64,000 nt of DNA from Eubacteriales bacterium (GTDB taxonomy: Bacteria; Bacillota; Clostridia; Oscillospirales; CAG-272). The stretch lies in the NCBI GenBank assembly GCA_045538895.1, contig JAZQEH010000078.1, forward strand, positions 7,586 through 71,585. Direction: 5' to 3'. Under the pieces are notes generated by a model. The model worked only from the letters and a program-made list of their open reading frames with translations, did no database searches and was not told the DNA's origin. The position numbers and the translations under genes are program-made. This document shows positions 18,394 through 27,913 of the stretch, piece after piece. Positions within the stretch are counted from its first letter, which is position 1, and the number at the start of each line of letters is the position of its first letter.

Positions 18394-19107
18394 ATGCAAA
18401 AATCACGTAAAGAACGTGCAATTCTTGAAAAGAGTATAGGATATACATTCAAAGATATCACACTTCTCGAAACTGCGTTGACACACTCCTCCTACTCAAA
18501 TGAAGCAAAAAGCAAGGGCGTTTCTATTGAGTGTAACGAAAGGCTTGAGTTTTTGGGAGATTCGGTTCTCTCCATAATTGCAAGTAAATATCTCTTTTTT
18601 GAATTTGACTGTCCGGAGGGCGAGCTTACACGCATGCGTGCTGAAATCGTTTGTGAAAAGGCACTTTCTGTTCTTGCTAAAAAAATCGGGCTTGGTGAGT
18701 TCTTGAATCTTGGGCACGGTGAAGAACTGAGCGGAGGCAGAGAACGTCCGTCGCTTTTGGCGGATGCTTTTGAAGCTTTGCTCGCCGCTATGTTTATTGA
18801 TTGCGGTATGAATATAGATGTTGTTTCTGATTTTCTCTTGCCGCTTTTACGTGAAGAACTTGCGAAGCTTGAACTCAGCGGTGCCGCAAAGGATTTTAAG
18901 ACGCTTTTGCAGCAATTTGTACAGCAGGTTGGCGGCGAGTTGCTTGAGTATGTTGTTATTGCGGAAAAAGGTCCCGACCATGATAAAATTTTTACTGTAG
19001 AAGCAAGACTCAACAGTAATGTTATAGGTACAGGTGAGGGTAAAAGCAAGCGTGCAGCAGAGCAAATGGCGGCAAAACAGGCACTTGAACTGTTCGGACA
19101 GAATTAA
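18394..19107 (+). CDS. rnc: Ribonuclease III
   Basis: NERLEFLGDSVL signature and a C-terminal dsRBD (GEGKSKRAAEQMAAKQAL). The ATG at 18394 is 7 nt from AGGAGG; 18388 is an alternative start. Confidence 0.95.
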   Translation: MQKSRKERAILEKSIGYTFKDITLLETALTHSSYSNEAKSKGVSIECNERLEFLGDSVLSIIASKYLFFEFDCPEGELTRMRAEIVCEKALSVLAKKIGLGEFLNLGHGEELSGGRERPSLLADAFEALLAAMFIDCGMNIDVVSDFLLPLLREELAKLELSGAAKDFKTLLQQFVQQVGGELLEYVVIAEKGPDHDKIFTVEARLNSNVIGTGEGKSKRAAEQMAAKQALELFGQN

Positions 19108-19114
19108 TTGCATT

Positions 19115-19139
19115 AAGCACCTTTTTTAAGGTGCTTTTT
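19115..19139 (+). terminator. Rho-independent terminator after rnc
   Basis: AAGCACCTT-tttt-AAGGTGCTT followed by TTT. Confidence 0.75.
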
Positions 19140-19163
19140 CTTATATAAAAAATGCAAAAAATG

Positions 19164-19192
19164 TTGAAAAATACCGTAATATAATATATAAT
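19164..19192 (+). promoter_or_regulatory. Candidate sigma-A promoter for smc-ftsY
   Basis: TTGAAA, 17-nt spacer, TATAAT. Confidence 0.5.
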
Positions 19193-19241
19193 ATAAAGTT
19201 AGTAGTATATTATTATTTTTGAAAGAAACGGAGGTCTGTGC

Positions 19242-22200
19242 ATGTATTTAAAATCATTGGAATTGCACGGCTTCAAGTCGTTCCCTAATAAGACGGTTCT
19301 TAGCTTTGAACCGGGTGCAACGGTTGTAATCGGACCTAACGGAAGCGGAAAATCCAACATTTCTGATGCTATGCGTTGGGTGCTTGGTGAAATATCCAGT
19401 AAAAACATCCGTGGTACAAAAATGGAGGATGTAATTTTTGGTGGTGCTGACTCGAGAAAACCGATGAGTTTTGCTGAGGTATCGGTTACTTTTGATAATA
19501 CTGACTCAAATCACCGTATTGATGTGCCGTATGATGAGATTACTGTTACAAGAAGATATTACCGTTCAGGTGACAGTGAGTATTTTATAAACCGTAAAGC
19601 GGTTCGCCTTAAAGATATTCATGAGTTGTTTATGAATACAGGTATCGGCCGTGACGGTTATTCGGTTATCGGTCAGGGTAAGATTGCAGAGATCCTTTCA
19701 CGTAAGGGTGAGGACCGCCGAAACGTATTCGAAGAGGCAGCCGGAATCGCAAAGTATCGCTATAAGAAACATGAGGCAGAAAAGAAACTTTCTGCAGCGG
19801 ATGATAACCTGGTGCGTCTTACCGATATCGCAAATGAACTTGGCAGCAGAGTAGGCCCTCTTGAGAAAGAGTCAGCAAAGGCTAAGAAGTATCTTGAGAT
19901 TTACGAAGGCAAGAAACGTGCAGATGTAAGTCTTTGGCTTTTTGACGGAGAAATTCTTAAGTCAAAGCTTTTAGAAGCGGAAAAAGCACTTGAGCTTTCC
20001 GCACATGAACTTGAGGTTGCTGAGGACAGCTTGCGTTCGCTTGAAACACAAAGTGATAAGCTTTTTGAAGAGAGCCAGCAGGGCAAAATGGTTTCTGAAA
20101 AACTGCTTACCGAAATCAATGCGCTAAAGGAACTGATTCACAAAACCGATAGTGAAATTAAAGTTGCCGAAAATGAAATCGAGCATAAGAAAGAACTTTT
20201 GAAGCAGGCAACCGAGTCTATAGATGGTGCTTCTGCTGCAACTGATGCGGTAAAAGCTGAATTTGCTGAAATTGATTCGGATATAGAAAAAACGCAGAGT
20301 GCCTTGTCCGATGTCGAGAAAGAGCGTCTTGCTCTTTCAGAAAGACACGCTTCATGCGGTATGCGTGCCGAAGCTCTAGAAAAAGAGATTGATGAAAAGC
20401 AGGTTCAGGCGCAAAAACTTCGTGATGCTTCTGTAGATATCAAGGTGCGCATAAGTGTGCTTGAGAATTCTATTATTACCGATAGTACAGTAGGAAATCA
20501 GGCAGAGGCCGAGATTACCGAATATGAAAATGAGGCTAAAAAGCTTGCTGAAGAAATTGCTTTAGCAAATAAAGAACTTGACAATTACAGAGAAAGCGCC
20601 GAAAAAACAGATGAGCTTATTACATCTCTTTCGGAAGCGCTTCAGAAAGCTGAAGAAGCAAAGGATGATGTGCAGAATGCACTTGCCGATGAGAGATTGA
20701 AGCATGACGGTCTTGTTCACCGTGCAGAAGCCTTACAGCGAATGGAAGAACTGTTTGAGGGATATTCTTCCAGCGTAAGATACGTAATGCAGGCTTACAG
20801 CGAGGGCAAAATACACGGCGGTGAAGTTTATGGGCCTATTTCTAAGCTTATCAGCGTTCCCGAAAAATATGTTACTGCGATAGAAACTGCTTTCGGTGCG
20901 AATATACAGAATATTGCTGTCGAGAATGAAGATGCGGCAAAGTCTGCAATCAGACTTCTGAAAGATGCTCATGCAGGTCGTGCGACATTCTATCCTTTAA
21001 CTTCTGCAACTGCGCAGGATGAAACTGAGGAGATGATTCGTGCAAGAAAGTATAAGGGTTATATAGGCAGAGCCGATCTGCTCTTTGACTATGATGCAAA
21101 ATTCTCCGAGGTTATGCGTAGTATTCTTGGCAGAACTTTGATTTTCGATACGCTCGATAATGCTTCTGTAATGGCACGTGAGCAAAAGTATCACGTTAAG
21201 GTGGTTACTCTTGACGGTCAGGTTATTAACGCAGGTGGTTCGTATACCGGCGGTTCTGTCAGACGTGATAGCGGAATACTTACACGTTCAGCAGAGATTC
21301 GTGCTATGCAGACTGCTGCTGCGGAATCTGAAAAAGAACTGGATAGGCTTGAGAAAGAGCTTCAGAAGGCACTTGCAGCACATAAGGACGCCCAAACCCG
21401 TCTTTCCGGTGCAATGCAGCAAAAAGAAATCGTCAATACTCTTATCGCTTCGGAAAAAGCACATCTTGATACTTTGGCATCAAAGCTTGCTACAAATACA
21501 AGTCTTTGCGAAAAACTTCGTGCTGATATTGAACGTATAAGCAGCCAAAAAGAAGGCTATAATGATGAGATAAGCAAGCTCAACGATGAATATAATTCTA
21601 TAGAGGCACAGATCGAGGAGATAAGAGTTTATCGACTTAACAAGGATGCAGAGCGAAACGACGCACTTGATGAGCAACGAGAGCTTGATAAACGTATAAG
21701 TGAAAATGCTATAAGAATCGCTGAGATTAATAAAGACATTGAAGCGCTTCAGACACGTAGGAAGCTTCTTGTTGCAAGACTTACTGAAATTGCCGAGGCG
21801 GTTACAAATTCCGAAACTGCGAAAGTTAAATATCTTGCCGAGATTGAGGAACTCAGCACGGCAAACGAAAACAGGCGGGAAGAAGTAGCCAAGATGGTTA
21901 CACGTCTGGATTTGCTTACCGAGCAGCGTGGAGACGTTGAAACAAATACCACCGAATATGAGCGTAAACTGAATGAAACCCGTTTGCGTATACGTGAAAA
22001 GAACAGTCAAAAAGAAGTTGTTCTGGTTGCATTTAACAAGAATGAAGCAAGACTCAGAGCACTTCATGCTGAGCAGGATAAAGCGGCCGAAAGGATGTAT
22101 GAGGAGTATGAACTTACGTATGCTCTTGCACGTGAACTTGGCTATCCTCCGCTTACCGCAGAAACCCGTCCTGCAGTAGCTTCTGCGGCTGCCGAGTACC

Positions 22201-22829
22201 GTAAGGAAATGAAGGCGCTCGGTCCCGTACACGTCGGTGCTATTGAGGAATATGCCGAGGTTAAAGCACGCTATGACGAAATGTCTGTTCAAATTGAGGA
22301 TTTGAAAAAGTCCAAAGCTGAACTTACAAGTGTTATTAACCGTCTTGAAAATGAAATGCGAGGCCAGTTTATTGAAGCCTTCAATCAAATTAACAAGAAC
22401 TTCGGTGAAGTATTCAGTGCATTGTTCGGCGGCGGTACTGCAGAACTTTCGTTGACTGAGCCTGAAGATGTGCTTACAAGCGGAATTGAAATCAAGGCGG
22501 CTCCTCCCGGCAAGATTATCAAGAGCCTTACCTTGCTTTCGGGCGGCGAGCAGGCGTTTGTAGCGATTGCATTGTTCTTTGCTATTCTCAAAGTTAATCC
22601 GTCGCCTTTCTGTATTCTTGATGAGATTGAGGCGGCACTTGACGAAGTTAACGTTAACCGCTTTGCAGAATATGTAAAACAAATGTCATCAAATACACAG
22701 TTCGTGCTTATTACGCACAGAAGAGGAACCATGGAGGCAGCCGACCGTATTTACGGTGTTACTATGCCTGAACGCGGTATTTCCAAGGTGCTTTCGCTTA
22801 ATGTCGGCGATATTGATTTTAAACTTTAA
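19242..22829 (+). CDS. smc: Chromosome partition protein Smc
   Basis: N-terminal Walker A GPNGSGKSN, long coiled coils with a hinge, and C-terminal LSGGE...ILDEIEAALD. Confidence 0.97.
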   Translation: MYLKSLELHGFKSFPNKTVLSFEPGATVVIGPNGSGKSNISDAMRWVLGEISSKNIRGTKMEDVIFGGADSRKPMSFAEVSVTFDNTDSNHRIDVPYDEITVTRRYYRSGDSEYFINRKAVRLKDIHELFMNTGIGRDGYSVIGQGKIAEILSRKGEDRRNVFEEAAGIAKYRYKKHEAEKKLSAADDNLVRLTDIANELGSRVGPLEKESAKAKKYLEIYEGKKRADVSLWLFDGEILKSKLLEAEKALELSAHELEVAEDSLRSLETQSDKLFEESQQGKMVSEKLLTEINALKELIHKTDSEIKVAENEIEHKKELLKQATESIDGASAATDAVKAEFAEIDSDIEKTQSALSDVEKERLALSERHASCGMRAEALEKEIDEKQVQAQKLRDASVDIKVRISVLENSIITDSTVGNQAEAEITEYENEAKKLAEEIALANKELDNYRESAEKTDELITSLSEALQKAEEAKDDVQNALADERLKHDGLVHRAEALQRMEELFEGYSSSVRYVMQAYSEGKIHGGEVYGPISKLISVPEKYVTAIETAFGANIQNIAVENEDAAKSAIRLLKDAHAGRATFYPLTSATAQDETEEMIRARKYKGYIGRADLLFDYDAKFSEVMRSILGRTLIFDTLDNASVMAREQKYHVKVVTLDGQVINAGGSYTGGSVRRDSGILTRSAEIRAMQTAAAESEKELDRLEKELQKALAAHKDAQTRLSGAMQQKEIVNTLIASEKAHLDTLASKLATNTSLCEKLRADIERISSQKEGYNDEISKLNDEYNSIEAQIEEIRVYRLNKDAERNDALDEQRELDKRISENAIRIAEINKDIEALQTRRKLLVARLTEIAEAVTNSETAKVKYLAEIEELSTANENRREEVAKMVTRLDLLTEQRGDVETNTTEYERKLNETRLRIREKNSQKEVVLVAFNKNEARLRALHAEQDKAAERMYEEYELTYALARELGYPPLTAETRPAVASAAAEYRKEMKALGPVHVGAIEEYAEVKARYDEMSVQIEDLKKSKAELTSVINRLENEMRGQFIEAFNQINKNFGEVFSALFGGGTAELSLTEPEDVLTSGIEIKAAPPGKIIKSLTLLSGGEQAFVAIALFFAILKVNPSPFCILDEIEAALDEVNVNRFAEYVKQMSSNTQFVLITHRRGTMEAADRIYGVTMPERGISKVLSLNVGDIDFKL

Positions 22830-22843
22830 GAAAGGATTCATTA

Positions 22844-23749
22844 ATGGGATTTTTTGATAAACTGAAAGCCGGACTTGCAAAAACAAAGAATGCCTTTGTA
22901 AGTCAGGTGGACAATCTGTTTAAGAGTTTTGTAAAAGTTGACGAAGAACTGTTTGAAGAACTCGAAGAACTCTTGATATGCTCTGATGTCGGTGTTGCCA
23001 CCACAGAGGAGATATTGGAGCGTTTACGTGATGTTGTTAAGACAGAACGTATAACTGACGGCGAAGTTGTAAAGGAAAAGCTTAAAGAAATCCTTGCTGA
23101 AATGGTAGGCGAGGGAAGTGAGCTTGCTCTTGATACAAAGCCATCGGTTATTTTGGTTATCGGTGTAAACGGAGTTGGAAAAACAACTTCAATCGGTAAA
23201 ATTTCTGCACAACTCAAGGCAAGCGGCAAAAAGGTTGTTGTAGCGGCTGCTGATACTTTCCGTGCTGCGGCTATCGACCAGCTTGCCGTATGGTGCGACC
23301 GTGCACAGGTCGAACTTATTAAGCAAAGTGAGGGCTCTGACCCTGCGGCGGTAGTTTATGATGCGGTAAGTGCCGCTAAAAGCAGGCAGGCAGACGTGCT
23401 TGTGGTTGATACGGCAGGCAGACTTCATAACAAGAAGAATCTTATGGACGAGCTTGCAAAGATCAACAGAGTAATTTCACGTGAACTCCCCGATGCGTCG
23501 AGAGAAACCTTGCTTGTACTAGATGCTACAACCGGTCAGAATGCGATTATGCAGGCAAAGGAATTTAAGGCGGTTGCTGATATTACCGGCTTGATTCTTA
23601 CAAAACTTGACGGAACCGCAAAGGGTGGCAGTATTTTCTCAATCAAGGGTGAACTTGACGTGCCTGTGAAGTTTATCGGTGTAGGTGAAAAGATTGATGA
23701 TATGCAGCCTTTTAATTCCCAAGATTTTGTACGTGCAATGTTTGAGTGA
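22844..23749 (+). CDS. ftsY: Signal recognition particle receptor FtsY
   Basis: [22 protein letters not shown] and [10 protein letters not shown]. Confidence 0.95.
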   Translation: MGFFDKLKAGLAKTKNAFVSQVDNLFKSFVKVDEELFEELEELLICSDVGVATTEEILERLRDVVKTERITDGEVVKEKLKEILAEMVGEGSELALDTKPSVILVIGVNGVGKTTSIGKISAQLKASGKKVVVAAADTFRAAAIDQLAVWCDRAQVELIKQSEGSDPAAVVYDAVSAAKSRQADVLVVDTAGRLHNKKNLMDELAKINRVISRELPDASRETLLVLDATTGQNAIMQAKEFKAVADITGLILTKLDGTAKGGSIFSIKGELDVPVKFIGVGEKIDDMQPFNSQDFVRAMFE

Positions 23750-23757
23750 GGTAATTA

Positions 23758-24357
23758 ATGAAAATTTTACTCGCTTCGCATAATAAAAAAAAGATTGCTG
23801 AGTTACAGACTCTTATGCAAACTGTTTCTTCGGACGTTGAAGTGGTTTCAATGTCGGATATTGGATTTGATGAGGAAATCGTTGAAGACGGAAGCACGTT
23901 TGAGGAAAATGCACTGATTAAATCACGTACCGGAGCAAAGCTTGGCTATATAACTGTTGCCGATGATTCCGGACTTATGGTTGATGCACTTGATGGAGCG
24001 CCCGGCGTTTATTCTGCAAGATATGCAGGTGAAGAATGTGATAATGACAAAAACAACGAGAAATTGCTTGAAGCTTTGAAAGGTTTGCCACCTGAAAAGC
24101 GTGGTGCAAAGTTTGTTTCTGTTGTTGCGTGTTCTTTCCCTGACGGTCGACCGGAAATCGTGGTTTGCGGTGAATGTCATGGCAGAATTCTTGAAGACTA
24201 CCGTGGGGACGGAGGCTTCGGATATGATCCGCTTTTCTGGTATGAGCCGATGCACAAATCATATGCCGAGATGACTGCCGAAGAAAAGAATTCTATCAGC
24301 CACAGAGGCTTGGCGATGCAAAAATTTGCAAGTGAATTTGCAAAAATAAAATTTTAA
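23758..24357 (+). CDS. rdgB: Non-canonical purine NTP pyrophosphatase (RdgB/HAM1, XTP/dITP diphosphatase)
   Basis: ILLASHNKKKIAEL, ADDSGL and FGYDPLF motifs. Confidence 0.9.
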   Translation: MKILLASHNKKKIAELQTLMQTVSSDVEVVSMSDIGFDEEIVEDGSTFEENALIKSRTGAKLGYITVADDSGLMVDALDGAPGVYSARYAGEECDNDKNNEKLLEALKGLPPEKRGAKFVSVVACSFPDGRPEIVVCGECHGRILEDYRGDGGFGYDPLFWYEPMHKSYAEMTAEEKNSISHRGLAMQKFASEFAKIKF

Positions 24358-24367
24358 GGAAAACTAT

Positions 24368-24658
24368 ATGCTTACCAGTAAACAAAGAGCGAAGCTCCGG
24401 TCAATGGCAACTTCGCTTGATACAATTTTTCAAGTAGGAAAAGGCGGAATCAGCGAAGAAACTGTTAAACAGATTTCTAATGCCCTTGAGGCTCGTGAGC
24501 TTATTAAGGCACGGGTTCTCGAAAACAGTGGCTATACTGCAAGGGAAGCTGCCGATATTATTGCTGAAGCGACAGAATCCGATGTTGTTGCCGTTACGGG
24601 TACAAGATTTGTATTGTACAGAGAATCTAAAAACAAAAAGAGGATTGAGCTTGATTAA
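24368..24658 (+). CDS. yhbY: YhbY/CRM-domain RNA-binding protein
   Basis: LTSKQRAKLRSMA...FQVGKGGI...ELIKARVL pattern. Its position before nadD matches B. subtilis yqeI. Confidence 0.85.
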   Translation: MLTSKQRAKLRSMATSLDTIFQVGKGGISEETVKQISNALEARELIKARVLENSGYTAREAADIIAEATESDVVAVTGTRFVLYRESKNKKRIELD

Positions 24659-25283
24659 GCCATATAAAAAACTTGCAATGTTCGGTGGAACCTTTTCCCC
24701 CATACATAATGGGCATTTAGCCGCATTGAAAGCATATATTGGTGCGGTCAAGCCGGACGTTGCGTATATCATTCCCACGGCAGTTCCTCCTCATAAAGAC
24801 AGGCAGGATACCGTTTCGGATATATCCAGACTTGAAATGATAAGAATTGCAGTTGAGGACATTGATGCCGATTGCGAGATCGTTGTTTCGGATTTGGAGA
24901 TTAAGCGTGGGGGAAAAAGCTACACGTTTGATACTGTGAATGAACTTTTAAAAATTGCCGACGAAGTTGTCTTTTTCTGCGGCACTGATATGCTTCTCAC
25001 GGTTGATAAGTGGCACAGACATGATGAACTTCTGAAAATCGCCTCGGTTGCATATATGCAAAGAGAGGATGATTTAAGATATGATGCTGCTGTCAGTGAA
25101 AAGGCACGTAATCTCAAAACAGAATATGGTACAGATATAATTGCTTTACCTCCTGTTTCGCAAGAGATTTCTTCAAGCATGATAAGGCAAAAAGTTTTTG
25201 ATGGGGAAGATATTTCTTTATACGTACCAAGAAGAGTAGCTGAGTATATACGGTTGAACGGGCTTTATAAGCCTGAAGGGTGA
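24651..25283 (+). CDS. nadD: Nicotinate-nucleotide adenylyltransferase NadD
   Basis: FGGTFSPIHNGHL (HxGH) and ISSSMIRQK. Start is uncertain: either TTG at 24651 (8-nt overlap with yhbY) or ATG at 24678. The ORF-track start at 24480 is an out-of-context extension. Confidence 0.88.
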   Translation: MIKPYKKLAMFGGTFSPIHNGHLAALKAYIGAVKPDVAYIIPTAVPPHKDRQDTVSDISRLEMIRIAVEDIDADCEIVVSDLEIKRGGKSYTFDTVNELLKIADEVVFFCGTDMLLTVDKWHRHDELLKIASVAYMQREDDLRYDAAVSEKARNLKTEYGTDIIALPPVSQEISSSMIRQKVFDGEDISLYVPRRVAEYIRLNGLYKPEG

Positions 25284-25287
25284 TTTA

Positions 25288-25932
25288 ATGGATAGCGAAA
25301 AGAAAATCGGTGCTTTGCGTGATGCGGTTGTAAAAAGATTAGGTGAATACCGTGCAAGACATGTGCTTTCAACAGAAAAGGAAGCGGTTTTGATTGCATC
25401 TGAGTTTATTCCGGAAAAAACAGAAAAAGTCAGGATATCTGCACTTTTACACGACATAACTAAGGAATACGATACTAAAAAGCAGTTGCAAATCTTTTCG
25501 GAATTTGGTATAATAATCGACAATGTTACTATGCATTCTCCTAAGGTGATGCACGCTTTGACAGCAGCACTTCTGATTCCAAGTGAATTTCCTGAATTTG
25601 CAGATGAAGAAGTGATTTCTGCAGTTAAGCATCATACTACAGGATGTGCGAATATGACTCTTTTAGACATAGTAATATATTTAGCAGACTATATAGAGCC
25701 TTTACGAAAATTTGACGATTGTAAAAAGTTGCGTGAGTATTTTTGGAACGGTATTTCTTCTTCCGTTACACAAAAAGAAAAATTACTGCATCTGTATAGA
25801 ACTATGGTGATGTCATTTGATTTTACTATTGAAAATTTAATGGCAGAGCATGGTGTAATTGCTACCGATACGTTTGCAGCACGCAATGCATTTATATTGA
25901 AATGTTTGAATGTTTCAGAGGGTAATGAATAA
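25288..25932 (+). CDS. yqeK: YqeK-type HD-domain phosphohydrolase (Ap4A hydrolase family)
   Basis: HVLSTEKEA...ALLHDITKE...KHHTTG HD motifs. Lies immediately after nadD. Confidence 0.85.
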   Translation: MDSEKKIGALRDAVVKRLGEYRARHVLSTEKEAVLIASEFIPEKTEKVRISALLHDITKEYDTKKQLQIFSEFGIIIDNVTMHSPKVMHALTAALLIPSEFPEFADEEVISAVKHHTTGCANMTLLDIVIYLADYIEPLRKFDDCKKLREYFWNGISSSVTQKEKLLHLYRTMVMSFDFTIENLMAEHGVIATDTFAARNAFILKCLNVSEGNE

Positions 25933-27494
25933 TGAGCGAGCAAAATAAAAAGATTCATAAGAAGGTAAACAAAAAGCCAAATAAGGCAGGATCTTTGGTA
26001 GTTGCTATTTTTATGGCACTTTTTGTAATAGTTGCCGCAGTTGTTGGGTTGATTGTATTTTCCAGACCCGATATCAGCGGAAAACGTGAAGAAAGCGATT
26101 ATGTTGACTATCATACAGATGATGATGGCAACAAATATGTAACATCGACCAATGAAAACGGCGATGTTATAAAAGTTGAACTTGATAAAGTAGCGAAGGA
26201 TAATCACTATAATTTTTTGGTAATTGGCAAGGATAGAGCATATTTCAACACCGACGTAATTATGCTCGTTTCATTTGACACAGATACCGGTGCGGTGTCG
26301 ATGATGCAGATTCCGCGTGATACCTATATAGAGCTTATAGACGATACTCGCCGTGTAAAAAAAGCAAATTCCTTGCTTGCACATTTTTACAACGAAGTGC
26401 GTACCGGAGTTTATAAAAAGGACCTCGTAGCAGGGCTTGAACTTTTGAAAAAATCTTTTTCAGAAGTGTTCGGTGTGCCGATTGATTACTATGTAATGCT
26501 TGATTTGAACGGTTTTGTTAACATAGTGGATGCAATAGGCGGTGTTGAACTCTATGTTCCTATGGACATGAAGTACAATGACCCTGAGCAGAATTTGTAT
26601 ATTGATTTGAAAAAAGGTCAGCAAACGCTTGACGGTGACAAGGCTGAGCAGTTTATAAGATTCCGTAAGGGTTACGTCAATGCCGACCTTGGACGTGTAG
26701 ATGCACAAAAGATTTTCATGCGTGCATTTATCGAAAAAATTCAAAAGAGCTTCAATGTTAATACGATTGTAAGCATTGCAGAACAGCTTAGTAAATACGT
26801 TGTAACCGACCTTGACGTTACAGAAATACTTTTCTTCGCTAAGAGTGCTTTATCTGTGGACAGTGAAAAGGTGGTAATGGCGACCTTGCCGGGTGATTTG
26901 GCAGGTGCATATTACGTTGCTTCACGCAGCGGCACATATGAGGCGATCAACTCTTATTTTAACCCGTATAACACTTCCATCAAGGAAAGCAAATTCGATC
27001 CTAACGGAAGCTTCTATGACAAAGAGGGTACAAAGATTTACGCAGTATATTCGGGTGACGATGAACTACTTGAATATTATAACAGTAAGGATATATGGAT
27101 TCCGCAGGTTGTGACAACTGCTACAAATGCCGTTGAAACGACAGACATCCTCGATGAAAGTGTAGAAGTTACCGCTCAAAGCGGTAACGTACATACAGGT
27201 ACAGAAGAGATCCCCGATGAAACAAGCGATCCTGTAACCGAGCTGATTGACGTTACCGAAACGGCTGAAGAAACCACTGTGGAAATAACAGCAGAGACTA
27301 CAGGTGATGCCGAAGAAACCGGTATTCCTGCGGAAACAACAGCCGTTGTTACTACTGCAGAAGAAACAAGCGTTCCTGCAGAAACTACAGAAGAACCGGT
27401 TGAAACTACTTCTGAAAGTGAGCAGGTCAATGTAATAACTGATGAAACTTTGTCTGAAACAACAGATGTCATCGTAACGGTTACTGAAGAATAA
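25932..27494 (+). CDS. LytR-CpsA-Psr (LCP) family cell-envelope phosphotransferase with a long acidic Thr/Glu-rich C-terminal tail
   Basis: Lys-rich N-terminus plus a TM helix. LCP core NFLVIGKDR...TDVIMLVSFD...MMQIPRDTY...FIRFRKG. Residues ~394-520 are E/T/V low complexity. Confidence 0.9.
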   Translation: MSEQNKKIHKKVNKKPNKAGSLVVAIFMALFVIVAAVVGLIVFSRPDISGKREESDYVDYHTDDDGNKYVTSTNENGDVIKVELDKVAKDNHYNFLVIGKDRAYFNTDVIMLVSFDTDTGAVSMMQIPRDTYIELIDDTRRVKKANSLLAHFYNEVRTGVYKKDLVAGLELLKKSFSEVFGVPIDYYVMLDLNGFVNIVDAIGGVELYVPMDMKYNDPEQNLYIDLKKGQQTLDGDKAEQFIRFRKGYVNADLGRVDAQKIFMRAFIEKIQKSFNVNTIVSIAEQLSKYVVTDLDVTEILFFAKSALSVDSEKVVMATLPGDLAGAYYVASRSGTYEAINSYFNPYNTSIKESKFDPNGSFYDKEGTKIYAVYSGDDELLEYYNSKDIWIPQVVTTATNAVETTDILDESVEVTAQSGNVHTGTEEIPDETSDPVTELIDVTETAEETTVEITAETTGDAEETGIPAETTAVVTTAEETSVPAETTEEPVETTSESEQVNVITDETLSETTDVIVTVTEE

Positions 27495-27503
27495 GGAGAA
27501 AAA

Positions 27504-27911
27504 ATGGAAGAAAAGGTATTTGATTTGAATGATCCGTTAGGTCTTGCACAGTTTTGCGTAAGCACACTTGACAAGAAAAACGCATCTGAAATAAAACTAT
27601 TCAAGGTGGATGAGCAGACTATTATTGCAGATTACTATGTTATCTGCAACGGCCGCTCTACTACACACGTTAATGCACTTTCCGACGAAGTAGAGTATCA
27701 GACGGGCGAAAAAGGTGTGCAAATGATTCGTGTTGACGGTAGAGGAAGCGGCACTTGGGTGCTAATGGATTACGGTTCGGTTCTTGTGCACATTTTTACT
27801 AAGGATCAGCGTGATTTTTATAAGCTTGAAAAGCTTTATAACGAAGAAAATGAAATTGATATAAAAGAGCTTTTGGCCGACATCGGTGAGAAAAGCGACA
27901 ACGAGGAATAA
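27504..27911 (+). CDS. rsfS: Ribosome silencing factor RsfS (IojAP)
   Basis: ADYYVICNGRSTTHVNALSDEV and WVLMDYGSVLVHIF. Confidence 0.9.
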   Translation: MEEKVFDLNDPLGLAQFCVSTLDKKNASEIKLFKVDEQTIIADYYVICNGRSTTHVNALSDEVEYQTGEKGVQMIRVDGRGSGTWVLMDYGSVLVHIFTKDQRDFYKLEKLYNEENEIDIKELLADIGEKSDNEE

Positions 27912-27913
27912 TC

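Noticed and set aside
21480-22682. Very long antisense ORFs: 400 aa opposite smc. Others are 14553-15629 (358 aa, opposite topA), 62221-63201 (326 aa, opposite carB/pyrK), 56776-57663 (295 aa, opposite tatD) and 59752-60498 (248 aa, opposite carB).
   Set aside because: Their translations are Cys/Phe/Ile/Asn-rich nonsense with no motifs and no RBS. Each lies fully inside a strongly conserved gene on the other strand. This is a typical stop-poor antisense frame of genes with strong codon periodicity.
25689-26207. 172-aa hydrophobic-looking minus-strand ORF spanning the yqeK/LCP junction.
   Set aside because: It is antisense to two well-supported, overlapping plus-strand genes. Its apparent TM-like segments mirror the Lys-rich/TM region of the LCP gene, and it has no RBS.
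27176-27604. 142-aa Ser/Val/Thr-rich ORF on the minus strand.
   Set aside because: It is the reverse complement of the E/T-rich low-complexity tail of the LCP gene and of the rsfS start, and is a compositional artefact.
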